This document shows positions 1 through 13,088 of a DNA stretch of 64,000 nucleotides, piece after piece. The stretch lies in assembly GCA_965235115.1 (NCBI GenBank), contig OZ249436.1:36952001-37016000 (forward strand), given 5' to 3'. The notes under the pieces are model-generated. The model was not told where the DNA came from, made no database searches, and worked only from the letters and a program-made list of their open reading frames with translations. Position 1 is the first letter of the stretch; each line of letters opens with the position of its first letter. Source of the stretch: Laetmonice hystrix. Lineage: Eukaryota. The position numbers and the translations under genes were made by a program.

Positions 1-1509
1 TCAATAGATTTTACACATGGCGTCCTTACAATGAACATTACGTGTAGCTTTTAAAGCACTTACCATGTATGTAATGCTCTGCCGGTCTATATTTGTACCA
101 ACACGGTGTATTAGAAACACGTTATTGAATTTTTTTTATGCGTCACGTACTTTTGAATATTTTACCATTGACGTGAACACCAATGATGGAATGTGCAACA
201 GAGAGTAGAATTCGTTACTTTATCATATCACCAACTATGTCGGCGGGAGGAAGGGGACGGCTTGGGCTGTGCAATATTAACAAGCATTTTCACAACAACG
301 CAATAGACAATCAGGAGACATCGCAAACGCACATGGCGAAACGCCATTTGCTGATCAATCAAAAAATGTGAGAAATGGCGTCTGCACGAAGGACAAATCA
401 AGTCATTAACTCGATCAAATCTAGTTGCGATGTTTTTGGATTAGATCTGTCATGTAGAAAGAATCCATACGTTTTAATGTAGAAGTCACCCGGTATAAAG
501 TTCGCAATGGTTGGTTGTAACTCACGAAGAACTCATGTCAGTTTAAATCGATGATGTAAAACACACAGGCCCGCAGTCAGTATTTACAAATTATTAGGGG
601 GGGGGGGTCGGTTTGGGTGAAAGGGGGGGGGGGGGTTCAGGACTTTGCTCCCTCCCCTGCCACAAAAGAAAAAGAAGAAAAAAAGAAGAAACCTGATCGC
701 TGGTGTTTTAATAAATATGAATGTAATAAACAGACCACAAAATACTGGTTAATTAAATTCGTCCGCGTGTTCATAATTTGTTCTTTAATTATTTTTTAAA
801 GTTTTTTGTAGTTACCTTAAAGTCCGACATGAATACGAGAGGCACTGTTAACATGTACATCAGTTCTCCCAACATAGTATACGTCTAAGACGTTTATGAA
901 CATGCTACAAAGTCATCAGGATGTGTGCAGAACTAATTTCTTCCGTAAATCTCTATTTCAGCTCGCTTAACAAAATGTACTTTTAAAAAGGGTAATGCAA
1001 CTTATTATTAATATGCTGGGAATTTTGTTTTGCCATTCCCCCACCAAGGGGATGGCATGGCGTTCTCGGATGGGAAGCCTTCACTATCATTTATTTTTGT
1101 GATATAGACTTAGTTTTAATCAGACCTTGATGAAACTTATAGAAGGAACATTCTGGACGTGACATGAACCCTCCAGACCTGTCATGGTATGTCATAACAT
1201 ACTTCTATGACGCAAAGTAGGACGACATTTTGGTAAAGTGTCATGGTTAAAGGAAATATGTCACGGGGGGTATCGACCAAAATCTTCGGTTTTCTGCTTA
1301 CCTGCTCACCACTGACGTACTTTATGGCACTGATTGTTTTTCATATGGATTCTGTTAACACATACTACGAGTAGACAGCTGTGAAATTCTCCTATAATGT
1401 GGAAAAATGAATAAAACTAGCTGCAGTGTCCGCAAAGTGCGGTGAATCCACCATCTAAGTAAATAACAAATAAATAAACAAATAAATAACTAAATAACAA
1501 ATCTATAAA

Positions 1510-2330
1510 ATGATAGTGGGACTATAATGGCCCATCCGCCGATCGTGTGAAAAGGGCGCAAAACACAACCAGCTGCAAATCCCGGAGTCTCGGAATCTAA
1601 GTGTGTCATTTTCAGTGACTGATTTAAGAATTGGCGATTTGTTTTACAAAATACTGGCCAAAGCTACATAAACAGGTAGGCTACCATATATGTTTTTTTT
1701 TCGATATTTCTTACTTGGCCTTATTTGCCCTTTCTACTTTTTGTTAAAAAAAATGATAGGTGGTGGCCATGAACTTTTTAGGTGAGGGGACGAAAGTTCA
1801 AAACGCTAAATCGCTTCTTCTGCTAGGGTTTTCACGGATTCGTCGTTAAAACTTCATAGGGAGGTTTTCCATGAATGACCCAAAAAAGTTCCCCCATCAC
1901 AAATTTTATTTTGATCTATTAATAGCCAGTCACGTCGCTTCAAACGTTGTTGGCATCAAAGGCTGAAATTCTCAGTTCTCGCTCAATTTTCATTCAGTTG
2001 TACTGATACTTGCAGGGGTATGAGACGTTAGACCAGAGTAGTTCCTTATGTCATGAGTCTTGATATGTTGTTTATGACGTAAAACTCAAACACTTCCCAC
2101 GCTCTACTGCCTGAATAGAGGTGGGCAATTTAATCTCACTAAATGTCTCTGACCTGACTAGGTGCTTCGTTCCATCCTTTGTAAAACTATGACCCTCACT
2201 GTTGTCATGCGGAGGTTACATGTCAAGAGGTCCGAAACGATTCCGGGATCAGGATCTTCACTAAATCGGCACCGAGCCTTGCTGAAAGGCGTTCCTGCCT
2301 ATTTCCTGCCTATTTCCTATGAGGCGATAT
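1510..2330. repeat. Non-coding interspersed repeat, possibly Helentron-associated (HINE-like)
   Basis: No ORF. The style is shared with 1020-1500, 11590-11970 and 13860-14330. The adjacent actag..ccgcaaagtgcgg hairpin and A-rich tail lie at about 1417-1500. Family assignment is inference. Confidence 0.3.
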
Positions 2331-4903
2331 ACAAATAATAGGAATTTGTTAAAAGGAAGACCTTTTAAAAGATCTTAATGAATGGAATACCGATTTAATT
2401 CATGTAATAATTATGTTATAATGTTATAATTATTACTTTTATTTTGCATGCGGCGAGAGTACATCCTTTCATAACATATATATTCTCTTTGTGCCTGTGC
2501 CTCACTTTAAGTACATCCTCAATCTAATTAAAATTAATAACTAAGATCTAATTTTCTAATTTTAATTGATTGAGTACATCCTGCACTAGGTGTTCAGTTC
2601 ACTTTCCTCTAGCCAGCTGAGCGTAACACGAGCTTGGATTGACTGGAGACCTGCAGGCCAGTAGAAATATCCTATTGTATGACGTTCTAGAATTAGTGTC
2701 ACAGGAAAGGTGGGCGTGGAACAAGGAAGTAATAAAAGTTCGTGGACGTCCATGCCACTGGTACTATATTACAAAAGGTGTATGCAATCCACATGTATGA
2801 TCCATTCTATATTCTCCCTATGTTAAAATAAAGCTGGTCCAAAATATGTGATACACAACTATTTAAAATGTACCAATAATTAAATATGGGGTTGTAACTC
2901 ATTGGTTCATTGCCTTTATTCCTGGACCTAAGAGCTTCTCATGCACAACAAAATTATCTGAGTAAGCTGGTAAGTTGTTTTCCTCATGTTGGTGTGGTTC
3001 TCCAGGTATTCCGTCTGCTTTCAGTGACTTCATTGACTGCTGCGATATGACTGTAGCTCATGTAGAGGTTTTATTTAAGCACAATACATCCCCACACATT
3101 AATTTGTGATGAGAAATGCATTCTTTTTGCATATCGTCAGACACGTATTTTGAATTGAACATGAACAAGTTAGTGTACTGGGACCGTGCTCACATTTCTC
3201 ATTTCCATCGTTTGTGGCAAAAAGACTCAACGTTTATTATATTGGTTTCGGCAGATGTATGACGTGGGGCTTCCAGCAAAAACATGTAACCCCCAAGGTA
3301 CCCAGTATAGTCATGTAACCCCCAAGATACCCAGTATAGTCACTGCAATCATTGCACCTGGCTTTGATAACATTTGTTTCCTCTAAAAAAGAAAAGTCTA
3401 ACAGAGAATGTCCACGTTTGTGTTCGCCAGCGGCCATAGGACCTGCGTGCGTGTTTGGGACTATCTGTTTTGGGCCTCAGTAGATGGGCCCAAACGTTCG
3501 GGAAGTAAAACGTTCAATATTTTATCCCAATATACCGCTGGCACCTTTCCACCCGTACCAGAGTAGTTGTGTATTCATGACTTTATTCCACAAGCAATGA
3601 ACGACCTTTGGGTTGATTTCCCGAACTATTTCCATTCCACCCTTGATAACCCAAGGTCATAGAGTTCCCCATTGACTCCTATATAGCACGGAACATTTTC
3701 CTTTGTAAATAACCAACCTGGTTGGGCTGGGGGGAATCCGCTTTGGTCACGAAGATTGTGTTGCCCTTTGGCGCATGGGGGGGGGGGGGGAGGGGGCTCC
3801 GAAACATATGGGGGTATACTCCTACATATAGTAATACGCCAAACGGACAACATCCTTGGACGCCGCTGATATTCTTACATACTACAAGCAAATACAACAT
3901 TACACGGCCCGAAAGCACGAAACAACTATAGAATAGGACGTCTGTCATCTCACAGAAATAAATGTTTTTTATGATCTATTATGCAACCCTTGCTCTAGTC
4001 TACTAATAGATCGCTACTAATATAGAGGTGTGCAGACAAATAAAGTAAGAAAGGAGGCTCACGGCGACTCTGTATTGCTCAATATCAGCCCTTTGAAGAG
4101 TTTGGTTAAAATGATGACTATATTATAAAGAAGAAGCATTTTCCAGTCTGATAGAGATTTGTCATAAGAAGTAAATGAGTCTTGTAGAACTTTGTTTCAA
4201 AGCTGGGTTTCTAAAATTCCAAGGTAATGAAGCCAGGAGGATCCACTTCAGGCTTCCCTATAGGCTCCTGACAAAGAAATGGGGGGGGGGGGGGTCGCTG
4301 GCTTAACAATGCCATTTCCTGTCTATACATGTTTATTTAGGGTCTGTTGGCGCCATCCTGGCCAGGCTTTAGTGAACCATGAAGAACGCTTTTAATGTAG
4401 CATGGAAGAGTATTTATAATCACCTGTAGCGGATACTAACTCTAGGAAAAAAGGCCCACTTGAAGCAATACGAGGGCATGCTACGTAGCAATCATGGAAT
4501 ACGATCGAAACATAGAATAGTTATTACAATCTACTTTGAATGCAATTTACAACCCTCTGGAGGACATATTTAATTTTGTCCCCCCCCCCTTGAATCATTG
4601 GAATAAATTATACTTCACTCAATTATTACAAGAATTTGGCATAGCCCACCACATACAAGACGGAAAGAAACAAACGGATTAGAACTTTCTAAGGCGAGTC
4701 GGGGAGGGGGTCAGCATGGTCAATTCAGACAGTTCTATGGGGAAAAATAAAAATCAGTTGCCAAGGGGAGGGGGGGGGGTCGAACCTCCTGAACCTTCCA
4801 ACCCTAGATCCGCCTCTGTGATCTACTCGAGCAATATTTTGCACATCAAAGCCGGCCTATTTTATTACAGGGTTACAGGCAATACACCTGATACTAAACA
4901 GAT

Positions 4904-7008
4904 ATTTTTACCACTTTTGTCACAGGTCACCACTTTTGTCGCACAATGCCCACCTTTGTCACAGGTCACCACTTTTATCCCACTTTTGTCGTTCTCGAGG
5001 GCACCACTTTATTCATAATTTTTGGACTGTCATGCACCATGCACTGTGCCCACTTTTGTCACACCGAACATTTCTCCCTAATAACGTAGTTTTCGACTTT
5101 AAAATCTCCTCCCCCTCCTCCTGTGATATACCTGACTACTTGTATGATTCTGGCGTACAATGTATGTAGTCCCCCAATGTCGGGATAGTTATTGATGTCT
5201 TTGTGTGAAATGTGTGCTTAACGTGCTGCTAATAATGCGTAGGCTCGCAAGTTATAAAATTTGGCACCGGTAAAAGAAAAGGCCGGAGAAGGCGTGTAAA
5301 TGCATTTTCAACTATTTCATTTCATTTTGAACAAAAGGGGATCTTCCCAGCCAGGTCTGCTTCGGTGCGCCGTGCATAGTAGTGGTAGTATAGAATGTAA
5401 GTGAGAGAGAGATAGAGAGAGAGAGACATACAGACAGACAGAGACAGACAAAGGGGAAAGAGAGATGGGGAGGGCAATAGAGAGAGAGAGGGAGAAAGAG
5501 AGAGACAGAGGGTGAGAGAGAGAGGGGAAAGGAGAGATATTGGGGAGGGCGAGAGGGAGAAAGAGAAATATGGGGGAGAGGCAGAGGGATGCAGAGAGAG
5601 AGAGAGAGAAAAGTGAATTTGGTCTTAGTCGACTAGATTCGTTCATCCTACCGTTCGAAGATCTGGCGTCTGAGACAACACGTGATAACCCAATGATAGC
5701 CGCCATTCGGAACCGTGCCACAGACCGACCCACTGACGGGGAACGGGTTGTATTGCTACATCCCTTTAGAAGAGTCATGTCGCACTTTTCTCAGGCTTGC
5801 ACCCTCCCGCCTCCAAGTGGACACTAAGTGACTCATCATACTGTCAGTGTTTGAACCATCAGCACGTGTTGCCAGACTACGACCGAACGTGGACCCATGC
5901 AAGCTCCTTCCGACCCATCAGCCAGTTTATGGGAGACAGACCCGAGTCTATCTAAGCGATACTTTCAGACGTGACCGTTCACTGCATATTTGACCAGTGG
6001 TTTCCTGGCTTTATATAGTGGGGAGGTCAAACTGGACCTCCAGAGTGGTGTCCCACACAACCACATTGTTTTACTAAGATAAAAACATTTTACAGGCAAC
6101 AACCAAAGCCCTGGAGGTGTAGATCCCGTCTGTAGCATTAAAAATAGGGGGACCATCCATAGTTTCTTCCTGCAAGTTGATTTCATTAAAACATATTAAT
6201 AAAAATGATAAAATCAGGGCACCATGGACAATGAGGCACGTGACACCGACGTTCTGCATACGACAGTCGTCACCCAACGTCAAGGTCAACATAGTTACAG
6301 TCATTTATATACAAATTAGGATCTCACCTCCAAAACCAATTGCCTACATGGCTGTATTTTAGTGTGTTCTTTACCACAAAGCAATATAAGTGAACACCGA
6401 CTTAAACATCAGAAGGTTTTACAGGTAGAACATATTTCACATTAATCAAGACACCATTTCCACCGTCCTGTCTGTCCAAATGAAAACAAGGTGTACAACC
6501 AATCATGTCTGGCGGTGTCATACTGTCTACAGGTAAAACTGTTGACTGTAACTGACTGCCGTACAGAGTCGCCGGCGTGAGGTGTGACAAACAAACCTGG
6601 ACAATAGAAACCACTACCTGGTATTTATAGCACAAGACTTTATTAGAGGAGGGCGTATACTGGCATAGCTTTCACCTACTCTATTTACCACACAGATCTT
6701 GCTTACTTGATTATTGTTTGTTTATGAAGGAGTAAAAGTTTTAATATCAACTAATGCAATATGTGCCCCTGACTTCATGGATCTGTTATCCGTAAACCAT
6801 CTCATTTCTGCCAAGCTGTCTTTTTTTTGGCCTTGACAAGTTTAACAAAACCGGTCAAAAAATTATGACTAAAGTGATGTCCTTAAGAACAACAAAAGTG
6901 GGCGACGTTATGACAAAAGTGGTGTCCTGTGACAAAAGTGGGCATTTTGTGTGACAAAAGTGGTGACCTGTGACAAAAGTGGTAAAAATGACAAAAGTAG
7001 TTGTTACA
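4904..7008. mobile_element. About 2.1 kb putative non-autonomous DNA transposon with long inverted arms built of ACAAAAGTGG repeats
   Basis: 4904-5027 is the reverse complement of 6853-6989. The right end terminates ...GTAGTTGTTACA (TGT-type end). The left terminus is missing. Confidence 0.7.
5400..5610. repeat. Degenerate (GA)n microsatellite
   Basis: Purine-rich GA run. Others at 16185-16345, 43985-44060 and 44281-44310. Confidence 0.95.
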
Positions 7009-7544
7009 TCTTTCAATCGCCGCTTTCGGAACAGAGGAAGACCCCGAAGGTATTCATTGATGCATGAGAATTCATGTCAAGTTCAGCAGCTTTTCGCAGT
7101 ATGTAATGTAAATTGTAAAATCACAATGCAGATTTTACAGTCATCTTTTCTGATGGCATATTAGAAATGGGGTATTTCCATAAAGATCACCACTATTGCA
7201 TTTTTTATACATTTTTATAAAAAAAGGGTAAATTGTATTTTAATTTCCCGACTTGATACAAAGTTTTAAACTAGACCCATCCAAACTTACTGATATCTTT
7301 AGATTAGCCGGGTGGCAGGAGAGGTCTCTGCGTGATTTCTACTTGGTTGAGCAGAATTAATCATGCCGGCAAGCACAAAAACATGAAAAGGAATCCACTG
7401 ACAAGGATTACAATTCTAGACTTCAGTTCTGTTCTCGGAGTGTGGGGAAGTAGGGATGAGTGTCGGATTGCAAAAGCATCTGCATGGCACAGATGGATTT
7501 TCATCCTTCTTTTTTCTCTCATTGTTCTACCATTTTTCTCATAA

Positions 7545-7745
7545 GCCCTCCCAGTGCTCCGCAACTGGGTCGTCGAAGGATTTAGTATGTCCAGCCGTGT
7601 CTGTGCGACTGGGCATATAAAAGAACCCATGCAGTGTTTCAAAGAGTAGGGGGACGCCTCCCGGTGGCAGGTTTCTTTCTCACTTTATCCTCATCATCAC
7701 CCGCCCCCTGGGACTCGGGGGTAAAATAGGTCCCTTGACTTAATT
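7545..7745 (+). mobile_element. SINE fragment with a Deu/Nin-like core
   Basis: ccagtgctccgcaactgggtcgtcgaagg..catataaaagaacccatg..gagtaggggg. Its 5' part recurs at 22410-22460. Confidence 0.55.
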
Positions 7746-9170
7746 AAATACTGTCGACAGGGTGTAAGCCCTCCATTTCACACGTACACATACAATTCTA
7801 GGCTGCTAAATGATATAGCTTTTAGAAAATCCTTCACCGTATAACATCCCTGTGAAATATGGGAGAAAGAAGTACATATCGTTATTTCTAAACCCTAACC
7901 CCTATATACCCCAAACAGAAACAAAACAGTATTCTTTGCTGCGCCCCAAGCCTTAATCCTTAAAACACAATTCCAGGGGGGTTATTATGGAATCGTTACC
8001 TAAAATATATTTGAATAAAATATAACACCATCCTCTAAGCCAGATTAAAGCTCAGAAATAATTCCCTTTGGCGCGGGGTCCTTTAATAGGTCGCGCCTTG
8101 ACAATCAGTTTTATGCCAGAACCCCCCCCCCCCCCCCCCCCAATGCCAGTGTACTGTTCGATCAAACAGAAAGACGAAGCAAACAGTATGGTCTCAACTC
8201 TGCACACACCTCGACCAATCATGAAGTAGCAATATAGCTGGAGCTGTAGACACTAATGAAGTTGAGAGATGCGGACGATGCGCCTAATCCAAACTATTAA
8301 GACCCTATCGTCAGGAAATGGGGGTCTAAATTAGTTCAACGCTTTCTTAAAGATTGCGCTATGTTTCTCGACATCGCGAGGCGATAAGGAATGAAGACGC
8401 GGTCTAGCAAGCAATCTCTGCACAGTTACTGTACAGGCCTATGCGATTTATCAGATTCGAATCGCAAAAAATAGAGACGGATTTACGCCAGTGCCATTTC
8501 GATTCGCTGCTGTATTAGATAAACTGTTCCATTACTTATGTTCTGCGCCTTGGCCCGATACCGCATAGGTGGTCTTTGGGAGTGGTGATGGTGGTGGTTG
8601 TGGTGGTGGTTGTGGTGGCGGTGTGGGATTGACGATATTACGTCCTGTCGGTCACTGTCCCCAGTTCTCAGGGTATGAAGAATTCTCTTTCATTTATTCA
8701 GTCCATTAGAGGATCCATTTTGAAGAGAATCCCGCATACCGGAACAACAAATTAATCGAGGCCAATTAAACAGCCAACGAACCCCCCCCCTTTCGTGGGG
8801 TCTTTGGGAATATTTTTTGCAAAAATTCAAATTATTCCCTCGTTACTTTAAAAATCGAGGATGTCAGTGATTTTGTTCGGTCACTTTTGTCGTTAGATCT
8901 GCCGTATTGCTCATATAAGTACTACAAAATGGTATTTATGAAGTCAAAACTCAAAGAGGAGGATGGTATTGTAGGTTACATTTATTTTCCCTCGTAACCC
9001 GTCGATCCCCTATGAGGGGACTCTATATACAGTGAAGTATAAAGCTGTAAACCCCTAGAACGGGATTATATATAATAAAGTTCAACTCAGATAATCCCCC
9101 AGAGGGGACTCTATATACAATGATTGAAATATATTACATTACATTAGCCAGCACACTATTCCTTTATATA

Positions 9171-9609
9171 TGTTTACATTTGAGGTATAATTTATACTTA
9201 TCGCAATCATAGATCTGCCTTATTAGGTGGAGACGACATGGGCTAAACAACACAAATCCCTGAGAAAAGAAAAAGAAGCCTCCCAACTTAAACCAACCCC
9301 AAACCCCCAAAACCGGGCAGACCACACTGACCCCGGTGACCCTACCCTTAACCCTGCCCCAGCATGACAACCCCGGCGAATTAGCCCGGATGACCGTACA
9401 CGACATTCTCCACAAAGATGAAGACGGAGGAGTCGGGGAGGAGGTGGGACGACCGTCCGTTGGCGTCGACTGTTGCAGAGGACTCAACCACGTCTGTGCG
9501 GTCCTATTTATACCCTCTGGATCACCTCATCTCCTTTCCGTCACTTCCGTTGCGCATGATCCTGATACGAACTAATATGGCGGTTTCCGAATGACTAATG
9601 ATGTAAACA
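9171..9609 (-). mobile_element. Candidate solo LTR or retroelement terminal repeat with a core promoter
   Basis: Ends TGTTTACAT...ATGTAAACA. The minus strand has TGCGCA, CGGAAGTGACG and TATAAATAG (9512-9504). No TSD found. Confidence 0.35.
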
Positions 9610-10429
9610 TTGGATTTCCACCCAGATACTGACCGGCAACACAGTATTACCTGGATTCTGTAATGAATAGTCGAGGGTTAGAAACAGGTAAATTTATAGA
9701 TTGTATATTCTCCCTACCACATGTACCATCCTCGTTTCTCCTTCATAAATGATCCCGTCGTTGCCGTCGAGCTCATATTTTGTTGTCTCTGTTATTTAGA
9801 GATAGTATCGGACTTCAACAATGAGTCCTCTGTGTTAGTTTGGTTTCTTTCAGGGACCTAGCCCGACAAATAATTAACTGCAGCGTCGGCTTAATTACTT
9901 GAACAATTAAAATAGTGGCATTTTATTTGCCAGTGTCGTTCATGTGATATGGATTGGAAACCACTTATTTTACTAGTTCCACCCTGTTTCCACATGGCAA
10001 GGCTACACACTTTTAAGTATAAACGGACGAGAAACACGTTTTGTTTAACACATGTATAGACACCCACACTGACCAAATAAATGATTGCGAACGGAAGTGT
10101 CAATTGCTAGGCCTATATGTTGTAAAACAGCAGCAGGAGCAGTAGCAAAAGTAAGAGCCGTACTACTAGCAGTGAGTGAGTGATTAAAAAAAATAGATGT
10201 ACGGGCATCAGGCGTAACCCAGTTCCTTTCAGAATATAAGGAAATCGAAAAGTTGTATAGTTCTGTACTTGAATTGAACCCCAGCCCCAAGATTACTGCA
10301 CCCATTCGCATAGCATAAGGTATCAACGCCCATGGCCACTCTACTACACTATAGCTTTGGTGGTCGAGCAGAACAATAGACCCTTCCCCTACACACATCT
10401 TCCGAGATGAGACGGAATCCATACTTCAT

Positions 10430-10570
10430 GAGATGATATAGGAAGAATCTCGCGCACCGGGTCGAACCCCTACTGTTTGCGAGTTATTGCAGGGGATCTT
10501 TAACGTGTCCCTCCACATAGACGTATCGTGACACGGTCTTTGATAAAACAGTCGGCTGCATTGCTATACG
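10430..10570 (-). mobile_element. SINE core fragment
   Basis: The reverse complement reads ttttatcaaagaccgtgtcacgatacgtctatgtggagggacacgttaaagatcccc. Confidence 0.5.
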
Positions 10571-12864
10571 GGAAAGTCCGGCAAGACCGCGGTTAATTGC
10601 GCTTATGGTTACCATGAGTTTTACCATAATTCAGCGAAACAGAATGCTTCAGTATCCATAATTATGAAAAGTACGTAAATCATGCAGAGACATGCATGAG
10701 CATGCTATCTAATCTCGTAAACATTGCTTGGTTATTGAGGGAGCCCTTTTACCATTAATATGAATATTTTTCTTGTGTTTTAACACGAATTCTAACATCC
10801 ATCACTTGTGTTCCAAATTAAAGACCCCTTGGCATTTCCCGAAAAGAGTAAGGCGTTGTCCCTGTGGGTGAGTTTCTCCTGCATTGTTTATGAACTATGA
10901 GACTATGTCTTCATATCACTTAGGAATGTATTTCTCGCGAAATCTTTCTTATCAAATACAGATATTTAATGGTAAAAAGGCGGACAGCGACTTTAATGTC
11001 TTCATAATACGCTTTTCTCCAAAGATTAAAAAAAACCATACCAATATTCATGTCGGAGATTTGAAATTTAATGCATCCCCGATGTGTGTGAAAGAGCACT
11101 GAACGGTAGAAAGAGCTGACGTCAATTACGTTATTAAAAGGCATCTTCCTATCGCATTCATCAAAAAGTCACTTTGTTGGGATTAGAAAATCTTTCCCCC
11201 AACAGCCACAGGCTCAATTCCAGGCCACTGTTATAGAAATCAGTCACCATAACAGATTAGTCCGCCGCACTAACAATAATATGCCATCACATTAGGAGTG
11301 GACCTGATATGTATGTGTGGATATGGATGGATGGGGTGGTAAATGTATAATTTGTTTTTCTAGGGATGATTAAAGTACATACTCCATCACAATGCACAGG
11401 CATCAGGTTCCGTCCATCACAACACATGACGCCTTAACCCAACTGAACGGCCACCGACCTCAGTAGGAAGCCTTGTTCCTAAAACAGGACAATGGGCCCC
11501 CCTCCACATATCCACTCATCTTCTCAAATGTAGGATGGACAAAATCTTTCAAATAGATAGGGGACACAGTGGTTTCACACAGTTAGAGAATCGTAGGTTA
11601 TACGATAGGATGTTTACGTTTGCCCCTATGAGGTGACGGGTTTCTAGGAGAGACGTCTCTCAAAGTTTTTGTGGATAGATTTGGAGTTGACAAAGTTTAT
11701 GCTTCCACAACTTACATAATATTATGAGGTCAGAATCGAGGTCAGTTTACTCTAAAACTGAACTATCCGGGAAAAACACCGATCTCACGGCAGGTAACTG
11801 ACAGACCGGTTCCCGTAGGGCTCGACAGGGCACCCTGTTAGAGGTCACCAAGACCATGATCAATAAAGGTGTCATACAAGCGTTTCCAAGGATTACAGCC
11901 TCGGAAGAAATCATTCAAAAATGGCCGTGTGGATGGCTTTATAATCATAATGCATCTTATCAATAAATTTTTAAAATAATAATAATGATAATAATTTACA
12001 GTATAGCTACAAATCTACTCTAAATCATAACTGTATTTTTGTATTTTACTGTAATTCCTGGCATACCATTAAACTTAGATTACAAGTTTTGGCGCCGGCC
12101 GCCCGGCTACGACCCTTAGAATGGACCCCATCCACACCCCATTTTCATGCGGGGGGGGGGGGGGGGGGAGAAGGTCTAGAAATCTCTGGTGGGGACATAT
12201 TTTTTGCATTTAAGAAACGTTTTGTTACATCAGAGCTCTATGTTATTGTGTTGACGCGCAGGCTAACGGGGTCGATGGAAAGATGCCCGCGTATTGCAAT
12301 CCTACCTCCCATAGACAGTGTGCGCGCTCGGGTGCCAATCTGATTACATTCATAGTAGATTAACATCTATTATCTCAGTTATGATTAAATGCTTTCCACA
12401 GTGGCCGTGACGGCATCACATTTAAAATATTATTCTAGGGCCATATCTGACAAGGGATTGGTGGCAGTAATCAAAATACTGCGACAGAAAAACAGATGTG
12501 GGTAATCCGTCAGGACTTTGGAAACTGCGGAGGCAGCGACATTGTGTTGAACATGAAGAATGGCTTTCTGATCTACTAACGTGACATCAGTTCCAACATA
12601 GCAGATCTGGAATAGAACAGAACCGACGTTGGAAAGAGGTGTTGTCGTTGGTGAACATGACGAGGTCCTAATATGAGTGAAACGAAAAATGAACATAAAG
12701 TCCCAAATAATATTCTCAGATACACAAAGTCCCAAATAATATTCTCAGAAACACGTCGAAAATAATGTAATGTCAATTCTTAAATACAGCGTTTTCAGGA
12801 ACAAGCCATGAAAATAACGTCTCGCTACGATACGGCCGCATTCCAACACAGGCCATTGCATACC

Positions 12865-13088
12865 AATCAACCATCGCCTCATACCACTGCCGTCCGGGTT
12901 TGATCCCCGGCCTGGGCTGCACGTGTGAAAGGTTTGTAAGTCAGTTCCTTCCCGAAGGTCGGTGGTTTCCTCCGGGTCCTCCGGTTTCCTCCACCAAGAA
13001 AAACTGACTTTCATCATCATCTTCACCGCCGTGATATGACCCTGGCTGTTGCAAGGCGTAAAACCCCAAACACCCACCCACCCACCCC
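12865..13088 (+). mobile_element. tRNA-type SINE with V-SINE-like core
   Basis: B-box-like gggtttgatccccgg, core ggtttcctccgggtcctccggtttcctccacc, and a (CACC)n tail. A second copy is at 44072-44280. Confidence 0.75.

Noticed and set aside
5317-5827. ORFs rich in SL or RE (also 16063-16371 and 43609-44260)
   Set aside because: Translations of (GA)n microsatellites.
10045-10422. 125-aa ORF, and a WIPSHLG RNase H-like motif in another frame
   Set aside because: The expected GNE.AD continuation is absent and there is no other support.
12865-12920. tRNA gene
   Set aside because: A B-box-like motif is present but no cloverleaf; it is the head of a SINE.
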